Of a stretch of 64,000 nucleotides of DNA, positions 29,216 through 39,055 are shown in pieces; the first letter of the stretch is position 1, and each line of letters begins with the position of its first letter. Origin of the DNA: Acidimicrobiia bacterium (lineage in GTDB: Bacteria; Actinomycetota; Acidimicrobiia; Spongiisociales; ZC4RG35); assembly GCA_965203555.1 (NCBI GenBank), contig CBDBCY010000004.1, positions 2,784,001-2,848,000 of the forward strand, read 5' to 3'. A model generated the notes under the pieces. It saw nothing but the letters and a program-made list of their open reading frames with translations. It was not told the DNA's origin and searched no databases. A program made the position numbers and the translations under genes.

Positions 29216-30466
29216 GCGACCCATGACCGCCGGCGGAGGCACCACTGCTCCTTTCTGCATCACCATCCGCATGGATCGCAGGGCCCGGATGTCCCCGAGG
29301 GGATCGCGGTCCACTACTATGAGGTCCGCTTCCTTGCCCGGTTCGACCGTGCCTACCAGATGGTCCAGACCGACGGCCTGCGCCGCCACCGAAGTCGCGG
29401 AGCGGATGACGTCGGCGGGATTCATCCCCGCCTGGACCTGGAGTTCCAACCCGAGGCAGTAATCGCCGAAGGTCTGGATCGAGTCGGTGCCGGCCACGAT
29501 CGAGACCTCCCATTCCGACCAGAGCCTGCCAAGGAACTCCACCTGACGCTCGCACTTGATGTTGAGATCTTCCAGCCTCTGGTTCTCCTCCGCGGTCAGA
29601 TCATGCCCCTGCTCTCGTCGCGCCAGGAGCTTTTCTCGCTTCCGGTAGCCGGTCTGCACCGTTGGGCTGACACGGACACCCTGCCGGGCGATTCGTTCGG
29701 CGATCCACGGGCTGAAGCGGTAGGCGCCGTCCGGCTCGATGAAGGTGGCGTGCTCGATGGAGTCCACGCCTGCGTCCAGGGCGTTGACGATGCTCTGGGT
29801 GGCTATGCAGTGGGCGGTGGTGGGCTTGCCCAGGTTGTGGGCCTCGTCCACGATGGCCCGCAACTCCTCCACGCTGTAGGACGGTCGACGGTTGTCGGTT
29901 CCGGCGGTGCCGCCGCCGGAGGCCATGATCTTGATGAAGTCGGCGCCGTCCCCGACCAACTGGCGAACCGCCTTGCGCACGCCCTCCACTCCGTCGGCCT
30001 CCTGGTTGCACCACCAGAAGTGGCCTCCGGTGACTGTCACCGGGCGGCCGCTGAGCAGCAGTCGGGGCGCCAGCGCCAACCCCTGCCGCACGCCCCGGCG
30101 CAGATCGAAGGTGACCTGGTTGCGGGCGCCGCAGTCCCGCAGGGTCGTGACGCCGGCGCTGAGGTGGATGTGGGCGTTGCGGGCGGCGCGCAGCAGCATC
30201 ACCTGGTCGGAGTCGCGCTCTATGACCTCCTCGTAGGTGGCGTCTCCGGCGCCGAACATGAGATGGGTGTGAGCGTCGATCAGGCCGGGCAGCAGGTACC
30301 CGTCGCGGTGGTCCATCTCTCGCACCTGCGGTCCGCGGGGCGCCTCGACCTCGCCTTCGGCGCCCGCAGCCGCAATGCGGGACCCCTCCACCACTACGAC
30401 GGCATTGCGCACGGGTGGCGCCCCGGTGCCGTCGAAGAGGGCCTTGGCCCGGATAACCGTCTGCAT
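29213..30466 (-). CDS. Metal-dependent amidohydrolase (prolidase-like subgroup)
   Basis: PGLIDAHTH, GADFIKIMASGG, AH, SIEH, AGTD, GKEADL. Confidence 0.92.
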   Translation of the reverse strand: MQTVIRAKALFDGTGAPPVRNAVVVVEGSRIAAAGAEGEVEAPRGPQVREMDHRDGYLLPGLIDAHTHLMFGAGDATYEEVIERDSDQVMLLRAARNAHIHLSAGVTTLRDCGARNQVTFDLRRGVRQGLALAPRLLLSGRPVTVTGGHFWWCNQEADGVEGVRKAVRQLVGDGADFIKIMASGGGTAGTDNRRPSYSVEELRAIVDEAHNLGKPTTAHCIATQSIVNALDAGVDSIEHATFIEPDGAYRFSPWIAERIARQGVRVSPTVQTGYRKREKLLARREQGHDLTAEENQRLEDLNIKCERQVEFLGRLWSEWEVSIVAGTDSIQTFGDYCLGLELQVQAGMNPADVIRSATSVAAQAVGLDHLVGTVEPGKEADLIVVDRDPLGDIRALRSMRMVMQKGAVVPPPAVMGR

Positions 30467-30585
30467 GTTGCCCGCCGCGTCCCCCTGAGTGTCACATCGG
30501 TAGCCGGCGCTTGCCTGGCATGATATCAGCGCACCGGATCGGCGTTCCGGCTGGGTGTAGAGTGTTCATATAGCGGAGGTTCGCC

Positions 30586-30963
30586 ATGGCTTTGCAACTG
30601 GACCACACAATTGTGCCCGCCTTTGACAAGGTGAAGTCCGCCAGGTTCATCGCCCGGATCTTCGGCCTGGAATACAAGGGGACCTGGGGGCATTTCGCGC
30701 CCGTCAAGGTCAATGACACGCTGACGCTCGATTTCGACGACTCCGATGACCCGCGTTCCAACCACTACGCCTTCCTGGCTTCGGACGAGGAGTTCGATGC
30801 GGTGCTGGGGCGCCTCAAGGACGACGGCATCCCTTTCGGAAGCGGTCCCCGCTCCCGGGCGGACGGCAGGATCAACCACAGGCACCGGGGACGCGGGTTC
30901 TACTTCGAGTGCGAGAACGGTCACGTGTGGGAGGTCATCACCCACACCTACATAACCGAATGA
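30586..30963 (+). CDS. VOC family protein
   Basis: LDHTIV...HYAF...GRGFYF...GHVWEVIT. Confidence 0.9.
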   Translation: MALQLDHTIVPAFDKVKSARFIARIFGLEYKGTWGHFAPVKVNDTLTLDFDDSDDPRSNHYAFLASDEEFDAVLGRLKDDGIPFGSGPRSRADGRINHRHRGRGFYFECENGHVWEVITHTYITE

Positions 30964-31128
30964 GACCGGCGCGCCTGACGAACCGCGTCAGTGCTTCGGG
31001 ATAATGTGTGTTCACGTATGTCTGTGGATGGCCGCAGGGAGGGCATTCGAGAGGGAGTTGGCGCGGCGCCGGATGCAAAAGGCGCCAGGACCAAAGGACG
31101 GGCGGGTTGTCGGATCGGCGCTGGTTGA

Positions 31129-31857
31129 ATGTTGAAAGCGGCTGTTCTCACCCGCCAGGGACAAGGCAGAGCGGTCAACCAGGATCGGGTGGTTGTCCAT
31201 GACACAGTCGTTGACAGTGAACAACCCACCACAGCTGTGTTCACCACCGAACTCCCGAGCCTGGTGGCCGTGCTCGACGGACTCGGTGGCCACCCTGCCG
31301 GTGACGTTGCGGCAGCCCTGGCAGCCGAGGTCATCGCTTCCGCGGGCTCCGGGGTCAGAGGCGAACAGGACCTGGTTGCTCTTGTGGAAGAAGCCAACCG
31401 GTTCCTGTATCAAACGATGGCCACCTACCCGATACTGCAGTACATGGGGACCACCGTCGCCGGTGTCCTGGTCACATCCGATACGGTCACCGTGTTCCAT
31501 GTGGGCGATTCCCGGGTGTACCTGCACACCGGCGAGGATCTGGTGCAGGCCACGGTGGATGACTGGCGGGACGGGTATATCACCCAAACCCTGGGAGGCA
31601 ATGGCTCCTTTGAACCCGTCCGTGTGCATACCGGCACGCAGCCCCTGGAGGACCGAAGGATCCTGGCGGCAACCGATGGGCTGTTCGCTCACACCGACCG
31701 GGCAACCCTCTGCCACGCCATGGACGCACCGCTCGAGGCAGTGCCCTGCCGACTGTCCCAGGTGGCCATCGAGTCGGGAAACCTCGACGACTTCTCGGTG
31801 GCGGTTGTCGAACCGGGCGCGCCTTCCCGATCAGGCGACTTCCCATCCGGGTCGTGA
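31129..31857 (+). CDS. PP2C-family Ser/Thr phosphatase
   Basis: NQD, DGLGGH, MGTT, HVGDSRVY, TDGL, DDFS. Confidence 0.9.
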   Translation: MLKAAVLTRQGQGRAVNQDRVVVHDTVVDSEQPTTAVFTTELPSLVAVLDGLGGHPAGDVAAALAAEVIASAGSGVRGEQDLVALVEEANRFLYQTMATYPILQYMGTTVAGVLVTSDTVTVFHVGDSRVYLHTGEDLVQATVDDWRDGYITQTLGGNGSFEPVRVHTGTQPLEDRRILAATDGLFAHTDRATLCHAMDAPLEAVPCRLSQVAIESGNLDDFSVAVVEPGAPSRSGDFPSGS

Positions 31858-32019
31858 GGGCTGTCCCGAGCGTGGAACGCTCCGGGCGGCTTGGCCCAAG
31901 GTGCTGGGACGGGTTGGCCGGCCGACCGGCTCCGGTCTGACTGCCCGGCTTACCGGGGGGTGAGGGTGGTTTGCGGGCTCGAAGAGCTGCCCTTCACAGC
32001 CTCGGCTGTCCTGTGTGGT

Positions 32020-32556
32020 TTATGTCTGGTGGACGCCCTTGAAGAGATGGTTGTCGCCCACCACGACGGTTTTCTTCCCTCGAACGACTGCTATCCCGCC
32101 GACTTTGGTTCGATCTCCCACCAATGCCCCGTCCTCCACCTTGGCTCGGTGCTCCACGACGGCGCTTCCTCCCACGATGCCCGAGGATCGGATGGTGGCG
32201 CCGTCCCGCACCACTGCCCTGTCGGTCACGGCGCCGCCTTCCAGGACCTGGGCGTCGTCGCGCACTTGGGCTGAACCTCCCACCCATGAGTGGTCGGTGA
32301 TCAAGGCGCGACCGCTGACAGTGGCTTGTTCCAACACCAGGGCGTCCTTGGTCACCTTGGCCTGGTCGAGTACCCTCGCTCCTTCCTCCACCCAGCAGGT
32401 TCCCGCCTGGGACAGGTTGTACGGCCCCGCAACCAGCCCTCCCCGATCTCCTTTCTTCACCGTCAGGTTGTTCTTGCGGGAAGTCTTGAAGTCCCGTACC
32501 GCTATCACCCTGTACAAACCCGCGGCGTCAGGCTGGAGGCGGTATTTTTTTGCCAT
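32020..32556 (-). CDS. Left-handed beta-helix (hexapeptide repeat) protein, phage-like family
   Basis: LYRVIAVRDF...VKKGDRGG....NLSQAGTCWV followed by xxxAxV hexads. Confidence 0.75.
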   Translation of the reverse strand: MAKKYRLQPDAAGLYRVIAVRDFKTSRKNNLTVKKGDRGGLVAGPYNLSQAGTCWVEEGARVLDQAKVTKDALVLEQATVSGRALITDHSWVGGSAQVRDDAQVLEGGAVTDRAVVRDGATIRSSGIVGGSAVVEHRAKVEDGALVGDRTKVGGIAVVRGKKTVVVGDNHLFKGVHQT

Positions 32557-32629
32557 GAGTTAGTCACTCCCTGTGACGGACTTACACCATGTTAACGCAG
32601 GGAATCGGTTCCAGAGGCAACGACAGGCT

Positions 32630-33871
32630 TCAGGCTACCGGCAGCCTCCGCGCCAACCCTTGCAGGGCGCGATAGGTCTGTTCGCCCACGCCTGCATCGT
32701 CATCATCGAGCAGGTTGGCCATCACCTTCAGAGTCCACTCCATCAGCGGCCGGTTTCGCAGCCCGGTGTGCGCCAGGGTACGCATCACGGCCGGTCGGCC
32801 GATCAACTTCACAAATATCCGCGCGGTGCGGTAGTAGAGACCGTACTCGCGGTCCAGAAGTCGGGGGTATTCGTCCAGGATCTGCGGATCATCCTCCGCC
32901 ACCGCCCTGCCCGCCAGTCGGGCGGCGATGCGACCGGTCTCGTATGCGTAGGCGATCCCCTCTCCGTTCCATGGGTTGATGGCTGCCGCCGCGTCTCCGA
33001 TCACCAACCAGTTGGGTCCCACCAGGGGTGAACGAGAAAACGACATCTGGAGAGCCCCTCCCACCGGCTTGGTGAGCCGGGTGTCTTCGGACAGACCCCA
33101 GTAGTCGGGAGCGGCCTTCACCCAGTCGGCCATCATCTTGGTGGTGTTGGCCTGTTTCCAACGTTTGAAGGTGGAGAGCAGCCCGACCCCGACGTTGACC
33201 GTGCCGTCGCCCAGGGGGAACACCCAGCCGTAGCCGGGCATGGTTGCGCCGGTGCTGTCGCGGATGTCCAACTGGCTTTCCAGGAAGGGGTCCGAGGAGC
33301 GAGGGCTCTGGTAGTAGCCGCGGGCCGCCAACCCCCGCGGATAGTCCTTCCGACGGGTCACTCCCAGGTGGCGTCCGAAGCGGTTGAGAGCGCCGTCGGC
33401 CACTATCACCACTTCGGGGCGGATCGTCTCCACCGACCCGTTGACCACCAACTCCACTCCTTCCAGGACGCCGTCGTCCGCCACCGGCCGCGCCTCGGTC
33501 TTTTCCCGGATCGTCACGCCCTGGCCCCGGGCCAGATCAGCCACCTGTTGATCGAGTTCTCGGCGGCGGATCACCCCTCCCCAGTCGGGAAAGCGGGAGT
33601 GTTGCGGCCATGACATCTCCAGCATCACCTTGTCCCCGGCGTAGGAGCGCAGTCCCGTGACGCGATGGAAGCCCGGCGCCGAAAAGTCGAACCCCATTCG
33701 AGTCAACTCGTGGATGGCGCGGGGTGTGAGTCCGTCTCCGCAGGTCTTGTCGCGGGGAAAGGACTTGCGTTCCACCAGGGTCACATCATGCCCGTCCCGC
33801 GCCAGCCAGTAGGCGGCCGCCGCCCCGGCAGGGCCCCCTCCCACCACCAATACTTCACCGCCGCTCATCAT
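32630..33871 (-). CDS. Geranylgeranyl reductase family protein (MenJ-like)
   Basis: VGGGPAG, FPRDKTCGDGLTPRA, GYGWVFP, GDAA..INPWNGEGI. Confidence 0.9.
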   Translation of the reverse strand: MMSGGEVLVVGGGPAGAAAAYWLARDGHDVTLVERKSFPRDKTCGDGLTPRAIHELTRMGFDFSAPGFHRVTGLRSYAGDKVMLEMSWPQHSRFPDWGGVIRRRELDQQVADLARGQGVTIREKTEARPVADDGVLEGVELVVNGSVETIRPEVVIVADGALNRFGRHLGVTRRKDYPRGLAARGYYQSPRSSDPFLESQLDIRDSTGATMPGYGWVFPLGDGTVNVGVGLLSTFKRWKQANTTKMMADWVKAAPDYWGLSEDTRLTKPVGGALQMSFSRSPLVGPNWLVIGDAAAAINPWNGEGIAYAYETGRIAARLAGRAVAEDDPQILDEYPRLLDREYGLYYRTARIFVKLIGRPAVMRTLAHTGLRNRPLMEWTLKVMANLLDDDDAGVGEQTYRALQGLARRLPVA

Positions 33872-34028
33872 CCCTCAAAGATAGCCGTCGTCGGGGTGGC
33901 TTCAACCAGGAAGTGATGGGTGCTGAGCGGCTGCCCGCCGGTCAGGGCGCTTGCCCTTTGTCATCTCGATCACCGATCGGAACCGGGCGATTTGGGGTCC
34001 TTTCCGCGGGTGTAGGATGTTGGAGAAC

Positions 34029-34664
34029 ATGGCCAGAGGGGACATACCCGACACGACCGTTTCTCGTTTGCCCTGGTATCTGAGGTGTCTGGATCAATTG
34101 CCCGACTGCCAGGAAACGGTCTCATCCGACGAGATAGCGATGGCGTTGAACATCAAGGCCGCGCAGGTGCGAAAAGATCTGTGGTACCTGGATTGTGAGG
34201 GCCGTCGGGGAGTGGGATACGAGGTACAGTCGCTGATCTCCCAGATCTCCGCCGTGCTGGGCATCGATGCACCGGTGGCCATCGTAATCGTGGGAATGGG
34301 CAACTTGGGAATGGCCCTCGCCAACTATCAAAGATTCGCCAACCGCGGTCTGACGCTCAGCGGCCTGTACGACACCGATCCGCAGAAGATCGGAAACCTG
34401 GTGGGCGGGATCATGATCCGGCATCCCGATCGCCTGCCCCAAGATGTCGCCGAATCGGGGGTTTGCATCGGGATCGTCGCCACTCCCGCTCCCGCCGCCC
34501 AAGCGATTGCGGATCTGCTGGTGGAGGCGGGGGTGACCTCGATTCTCAACTTCGCGCCGGTGGTGCTGAGGGTTCCGTCCGGCGTGACCATCCGACGGGT
34601 AGACGTAGCCACCGAACTACTCATTTTGGGATTTCACGAATCCAAGACGGGACAGCCCGGATAG
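34029..34664 (+). CDS. rex: Redox-sensing transcriptional repressor Rex
   Basis: [36 protein letters not shown]. Confidence 0.93.
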   Translation: MARGDIPDTTVSRLPWYLRCLDQLPDCQETVSSDEIAMALNIKAAQVRKDLWYLDCEGRRGVGYEVQSLISQISAVLGIDAPVAIVIVGMGNLGMALANYQRFANRGLTLSGLYDTDPQKIGNLVGGIMIRHPDRLPQDVAESGVCIGIVATPAPAAQAIADLLVEAGVTSILNFAPVVLRVPSGVTIRRVDVATELLILGFHESKTGQPG

Positions 34665-34675
34665 GGGGTCCGTTG

Positions 34676-35781
34676 GTGAAGATCACCGCCGTTCGCGCCT
34701 TCCAGGTCGACCTTCCCCTGGTTGAGGGTCGCTACACGTGGTCGGACGGGCGGTATGTGGAAGTCTTCGATGACACGGTGGTCGAGATCCAGACCGATGC
34801 CGGGATTTCAGGGTATGCCGAGAGTTGCCCGCTCGGCTCCGCCTATCTGCCGGCCCATGCCCTGGGGGTGCGGGCGGGTCTGGCGGAACTGGCGCCGCAT
34901 CTGATCGGCAGGGATCCCCGGGATCTGAACGAGATCAACCGGGCCATGGACGCCGCCCTGCTCGGCCATCCTCATGCGAAGGCGCCGGTCGACATCGCTT
35001 GCTGGGACATTGCGGGCAAGGCCACCGGGCTTCCCCTGTACACCCTGTTGGGAGGTCGAGCCCAGCAGGATGTGGCGCTCTACCGGGCCATATCACAGCT
35101 GCCGCCCGACGAGATGGCGGCCAATGTCGCCAAGTACCGGGCGGAGGGTTACGGTCGATTCCAATTGAAGGTGGGAGGGGACCCCAACGACGACATAGCC
35201 CGCATCCGCGCCGCCCGGCGGATCCTTTCAGACGAAGATTGCTGGTGGCCGACGCCAACACCGGTTGGACGCGACATGAAGCCGCCCGGGTGGTCAGCGC
35301 GGTGGAGGATCTGGACGTGTACATCGAGCAACCCTGCACCACCTTCGCCGAGTGCCTCTCCATCCGCAGGCGTACCTCCCGGCCGTTCGTGCTTGACGAG
35401 ACCATCGACGGATTGGAGACTTTGATCAGGGGATTGGCGGAGGATGCGATGGATGTGATCAACCTCAAGATCTCCAAGGTGGGTGGACTGACCCGGGCCC
35501 GGCTGATACGGGACGTCTGTGTGTGGTCGGGAATACCGATGATCATCGAGGATCCGTGGGGTTCGGACATCACCACCGCCGCCATTGCTCATCTGGCCCA
35601 ATCGACGCCCGATGAGTTCACTTTCGCCGGGACCGATTTCAATTCCTACGTGACCGTCTCCACCGCCGCCGGCGCTCCCCGGCGGGAGTTGGGAAGGATG
35701 CGAGCCGCGGACCGACCCGGCCTGGGCGTCGAGCCGCGTTTCGAGGTACTGGGCACTCCGGTGTTGGAAGTCTCCGGTTGA
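34676..35781 (+). pseudogene. Mandelate racemase/MLE-family enzyme (3-hydroxyproline dehydratase-like), 1-bp frameshift at ~35240
   Basis: [17 protein letters not shown]; then [26 protein letters not shown] in the next frame. Confidence 0.85.
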
Positions 35782-35788
35782 AAATCCG

Positions 35789-35808
35789 CCCGGCCCTCTC
35801 GGGCCGGG
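35789..35808. terminator. GC-rich hairpin, possible terminator
   Basis: CCCGGCCC-TCTC-GGGCCGGG just after the stop; no U-tract on the + strand. Confidence 0.45.
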
Positions 35809-36340
35809 GGCGTCAGGCCCGAGGCGCAGCGATGTTGTCCGATGCCTGTCGGTTCCGTGACGACAGAGTTGTGAAAAAACCTGAGGTCAGAGGGTTGATC
35901 CTGTCACAGCAGTGTCCCATACTGGCAGAAGCCAATCACCGAGGCGGTTCGTCCCGGCGTCGTTCGGACCGCGCCATGGGATCATATTGTTTGTCACAGC
36001 GAGCACTGCTCAGATCCGGCATGACGCTCCGTTCCGGGCTGGGCGGAATTCGTGCGACCACGGCATGGAGGAGGCGGGGGAGGGAGTCCGGAGGGGCAAG
36101 TGGCAGAGCGCTTTTCACAGGATAGGGAAGGAAAATCGCGACTTGCCGTTGATCAAGGTCTGGTGAAATCAGGATGCCCGACTCAGGTTTTCCACTCATT
36201 GTCATATCCAAGGGAGGGGATGCTTCGACATCACTCAGGCTTCTAGGGCGTGTCCACATTACGTAGGGTGCCGCTGATGAGGTGGATGTTGTGGAGAGTT
36301 TTAGTGTTTGTTTTCACAACTTAGTGATATGCACGATGTT

Positions 36341-36363
36341 TTGTCACACCCCCTTTGCATACT
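36341..36363 (+). promoter_or_regulatory. RecA-NDp/PafBC-like promoter, leaderless
   Basis: TTGTCACAC-N8-CATACT, with the ATG 6 nt downstream at 36370. Confidence 0.55.
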
Positions 36364-36369
36364 GTAAGC

Positions 36370-37590
36370 ATGAAACAAGCAGTCAACCGTCGGCGGTCCG
36401 CCAACCTGGCCAAGTTGCTGGCGCCCACCATGCCGGTGATGGAGGCGTCGGTTGAGGAACTGAAACAGCGTATACAGTCCACCATCCGCGTCCAGAACCA
36501 AGTGGCGGCGGTCCGCGCCCAGGCAGTGTCGGAGTTGCGCCGCCGCCAGGGAACGGAGAAGGTGGAGACGATTTTGCGGGAGGACGGTCTGTTGGGCCGT
36601 CGGAAGGCTCGGTCGGAGGTGGAGACCGCCCGGGGGTTGGAGGAACTGCCCAAAACCCGGGAAGGGTTACGCAAGGGAGAGATCTCTGCTGACAACGCGC
36701 GTATCCTGGCGGGCGCCAACCAGAGGGGAACCATCATCGAGGATGAATTGTTGGACGGTGCCCGTTCCCAGTCTCCTGACAAGTTCGCGGCTACGGTACG
36801 CAAACACGAACAGGCCCGTGCCCAAGATGATGGTGTGTCGAGGTTGGAGCATCAGCGTTCCCGCCGGTTCGCGAAGATCACCACTGACCAAGATGACGGG
36901 ATGACCGTGTTGTATGGGCGGTTTGACCCGGTTACGGGTGCCCGGGTGGAGACGGCGGTGTCTCACATGATGAAACAACTATGGCACAAGGAGGACCCCA
37001 GGGATCGGGCTACTGCGGGTCAGCGGATGGCCGACGCCCTGGCCGAACTGGTCACTCGGGAAGGAGAGGATGGTGGTTCCCAGGGCGTGAGGTTGTTGTT
37101 GATCGCCGATTACGACGCGGTCAGTGGACAGTTGGGCAACCCTCGCTTGGAGAACGGAACCCCCCTGCCCGCCCAGACGCTACGCGAGTTGGCGTGCGAC
37201 GCTCAGGTCCTCCCCGCGATGTTCTCGGGTTCGTCGGTGCCGTTGGATTTGGGTAGGGCGCGGCGAACAGCGAGCGGTTCCCAGCGGGCCGCGCTCGTCG
37301 CCCGGGACAAACACTGCATCGGTTGCGGCGCCAAAGCTGCTTGGTGTCAGGCCCACCACATCGTCCACTGGGCCGATCAGGGTCCCACGAACCTGGACAA
37401 CATGTGTCTTCTGTGCAGCAGATGCCACCACAAAGTCCACGACAATGACTGGCAGGTTGAACGCACTACAACCGGTGCCTACCGGCTCCGCAAACCACCA
37501 ACCGACCGGCCACCACCCCGCCGAACCCCCAACCGCTACCGCCGCCCACCCACCCGCAAACGCCGACGTCCCATGCATCAAAGAAAATGA
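36370..37590 (+). CDS. DUF222 domain HNH endonuclease
   Basis: QRMADAL, LACDA, LDLGR..R...QRAALVARDKHC..C......CQAHHIVHW...GPTNLDNMCLLCSRCHHKVH. Confidence 0.93.
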   Translation: MKQAVNRRRSANLAKLLAPTMPVMEASVEELKQRIQSTIRVQNQVAAVRAQAVSELRRRQGTEKVETILREDGLLGRRKARSEVETARGLEELPKTREGLRKGEISADNARILAGANQRGTIIEDELLDGARSQSPDKFAATVRKHEQARAQDDGVSRLEHQRSRRFAKITTDQDDGMTVLYGRFDPVTGARVETAVSHMMKQLWHKEDPRDRATAGQRMADALAELVTREGEDGGSQGVRLLLIADYDAVSGQLGNPRLENGTPLPAQTLRELACDAQVLPAMFSGSSVPLDLGRARRTASGSQRAALVARDKHCIGCGAKAAWCQAHHIVHWADQGPTNLDNMCLLCSRCHHKVHDNDWQVERTTTGAYRLRKPPTDRPPPRRTPNRYRRPPTRKRRRPMHQRK

Positions 37591-37705
37591 AACAGCCCGC
37601 CACCCAAAGCGTGAACATGCCCTAACAGGGTTGAGTACCCTGCTAACCCGGTGGCCGCTCATCAAATGCCCATGAGTGACGAGTGTGACAGCCAAAAGGG
37701 GGCTT

Positions 37706-38247
37706 ATGAAGCGATACGAAGTCACGCCATTGCCGAAGTACGATCCCGTGATCGGTCGATGGCTGTGGGTCATGGAAGAGATGCGAAAGCGCACTTTGCG
37801 CCTGGTTGGGGGTCTGGACGACCGCCCCTCGACTGGGAAGGGCCTGATGGTCAAGAGAACGCCATCGGAACACTTCTCTACACATCACCGAAGTGGAGAT
37901 GGCCTGGCGTTGGGGAGAGATGAAAGGTCACTCTCGAAATGCCGCCGGAGATAGCAAGAGATTTCCCGCTCGAGCCGCGGGACCTGCAGACAGGCCGGCT
38001 CTCTCGGATCCGAGGTGTCCCCCTCGCTGAACACCTTCGGCGGCTGGAGCGCAGTAGGGAGGTGTTTCTGAAGGAAGTGAAGAGATTTTCTCCAAGCTTT
38101 GGTATACCCCGCGGCCGGACCCCGAACACGGGAGATTCGAGGCCACCCCGGAGTGGATGCTGTTTCACCTCATTGCCTCATGAGGCAGAACACTACGAGC
38201 AGATATATGGATCTTCGCTTCGGAGCAGGGATCGTGGGGACTCTTGA
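37706..38247 (+). pseudogene. DinB-family protein, multiple frameshifts
   Basis: LDWEG...NAIGTLL / HITEVEMAW / TPEWMLFHL / HEAEHYEQI spread over three frames. Confidence 0.7.
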
Positions 38248-38325
38248 CCTGGAAAGTGAGGGGCCACATACTGACGGAGTGGCTCCCCAGGGGCCAGAGG
38301 TCGGGAAAAGGTTTCTGAGGTGCAG

Positions 38326-39054
38326 TTACCGACTATCTACCAACGCGTCCAGGGCTATCCCGATCATCCGGCCCACCGCCTCTCTCACCACCTCCCGGTG
38401 GGGGTCGTAGCCGGTCATCTCCTCGTCCCGTTGCGCCAGAGGATTCCCGTCCACGGTCAGGATCGCCCCGGTTTCAACTCCGGCCAGCCCGGCCAGGACG
38501 AACAGCACAGCACATTCCATCTCCACCGCTTTCACTCCCGTCTTCTGCCAAAGGGCCAGGTCGGAACCGAGTATGTCATGTGAATAGAAAACGTCGCTGG
38601 TCAGGGTCAGGCCCTCATGGATGTCGACCCGGTCTCGGATGGCCCTGCGAAATGCAGCGATCACATCCGGCGAAGCCAAAGCAGGATATCCGTCCGGGAC
38701 AATTCGGGAGGTGAAACCCTCATCACGCACCGCCCCGGTGACAATCACCAAGTGGCCGTCGGTGACATTGTCCTGCATCCCTCCGCAAGTTCCCGCTCGG
38801 ATCATCCGTCGGACCCCCGCCTTCAGCAATTCCTCGAAGCACACCGCCGCTCCGGCCGCGCCCACGCCATGGGACACGACTCCCACTTCAACACCGCGGT
38901 GTCTGCCCGCCATGGTGAGGTACTCACGGTGGTTTCCCAGTTGGACGGGTTCGTCAAGAAAACCTGCTGCCCGCCGGGCGCGATCGGGATCGCCCACCAC
39001 CAGCGCCAGTTCGGGAATGTCCCCGGAGTCAACATTCAATACGGGAAGCAGCAT
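38326..39054 (-). CDS. Nucleoside phosphorylase (PNP/UDP family)
   Basis: VGDPDRA, REY, SHGVG, RAGTCGG, VEME. Confidence 0.92.
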   Translation of the reverse strand: MLLPVLNVDSGDIPELALVVGDPDRARRAAGFLDEPVQLGNHREYLTMAGRHRGVEVGVVSHGVGAAGAAVCFEELLKAGVRRMIRAGTCGGMQDNVTDGHLVIVTGAVRDEGFTSRIVPDGYPALASPDVIAAFRRAIRDRVDIHEGLTLTSDVFYSHDILGSDLALWQKTGVKAVEMECAVLFVLAGLAGVETGAILTVDGNPLAQRDEEMTGYDPHREVVREAVGRMIGIALDALVDSR

Positions 39055-39055
39055 T

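Larger units (their letters stand above)
36246..37622 (+). mobile_element. Putative DUF222-HNH (13E12-like) element with short terminal inverted repeats
   Basis: TA|GGGCGTGTCCAC ... GTGAACATGCCC|TA (10/12 inverted match) around a single gene. Confidence 0.65.

Noticed and set aside
35930-36165. Decayed AbiEi/DUF559-like gene
   Set aside because: Only scattered short peptide resemblances across frames; too weak to call.
36302-36319. Rex operator (TTGTGAA-N4-TTCACAA)
   Set aside because: Only one good half-site, and it lies inside the DUF222 element end rather than before a respiratory gene.
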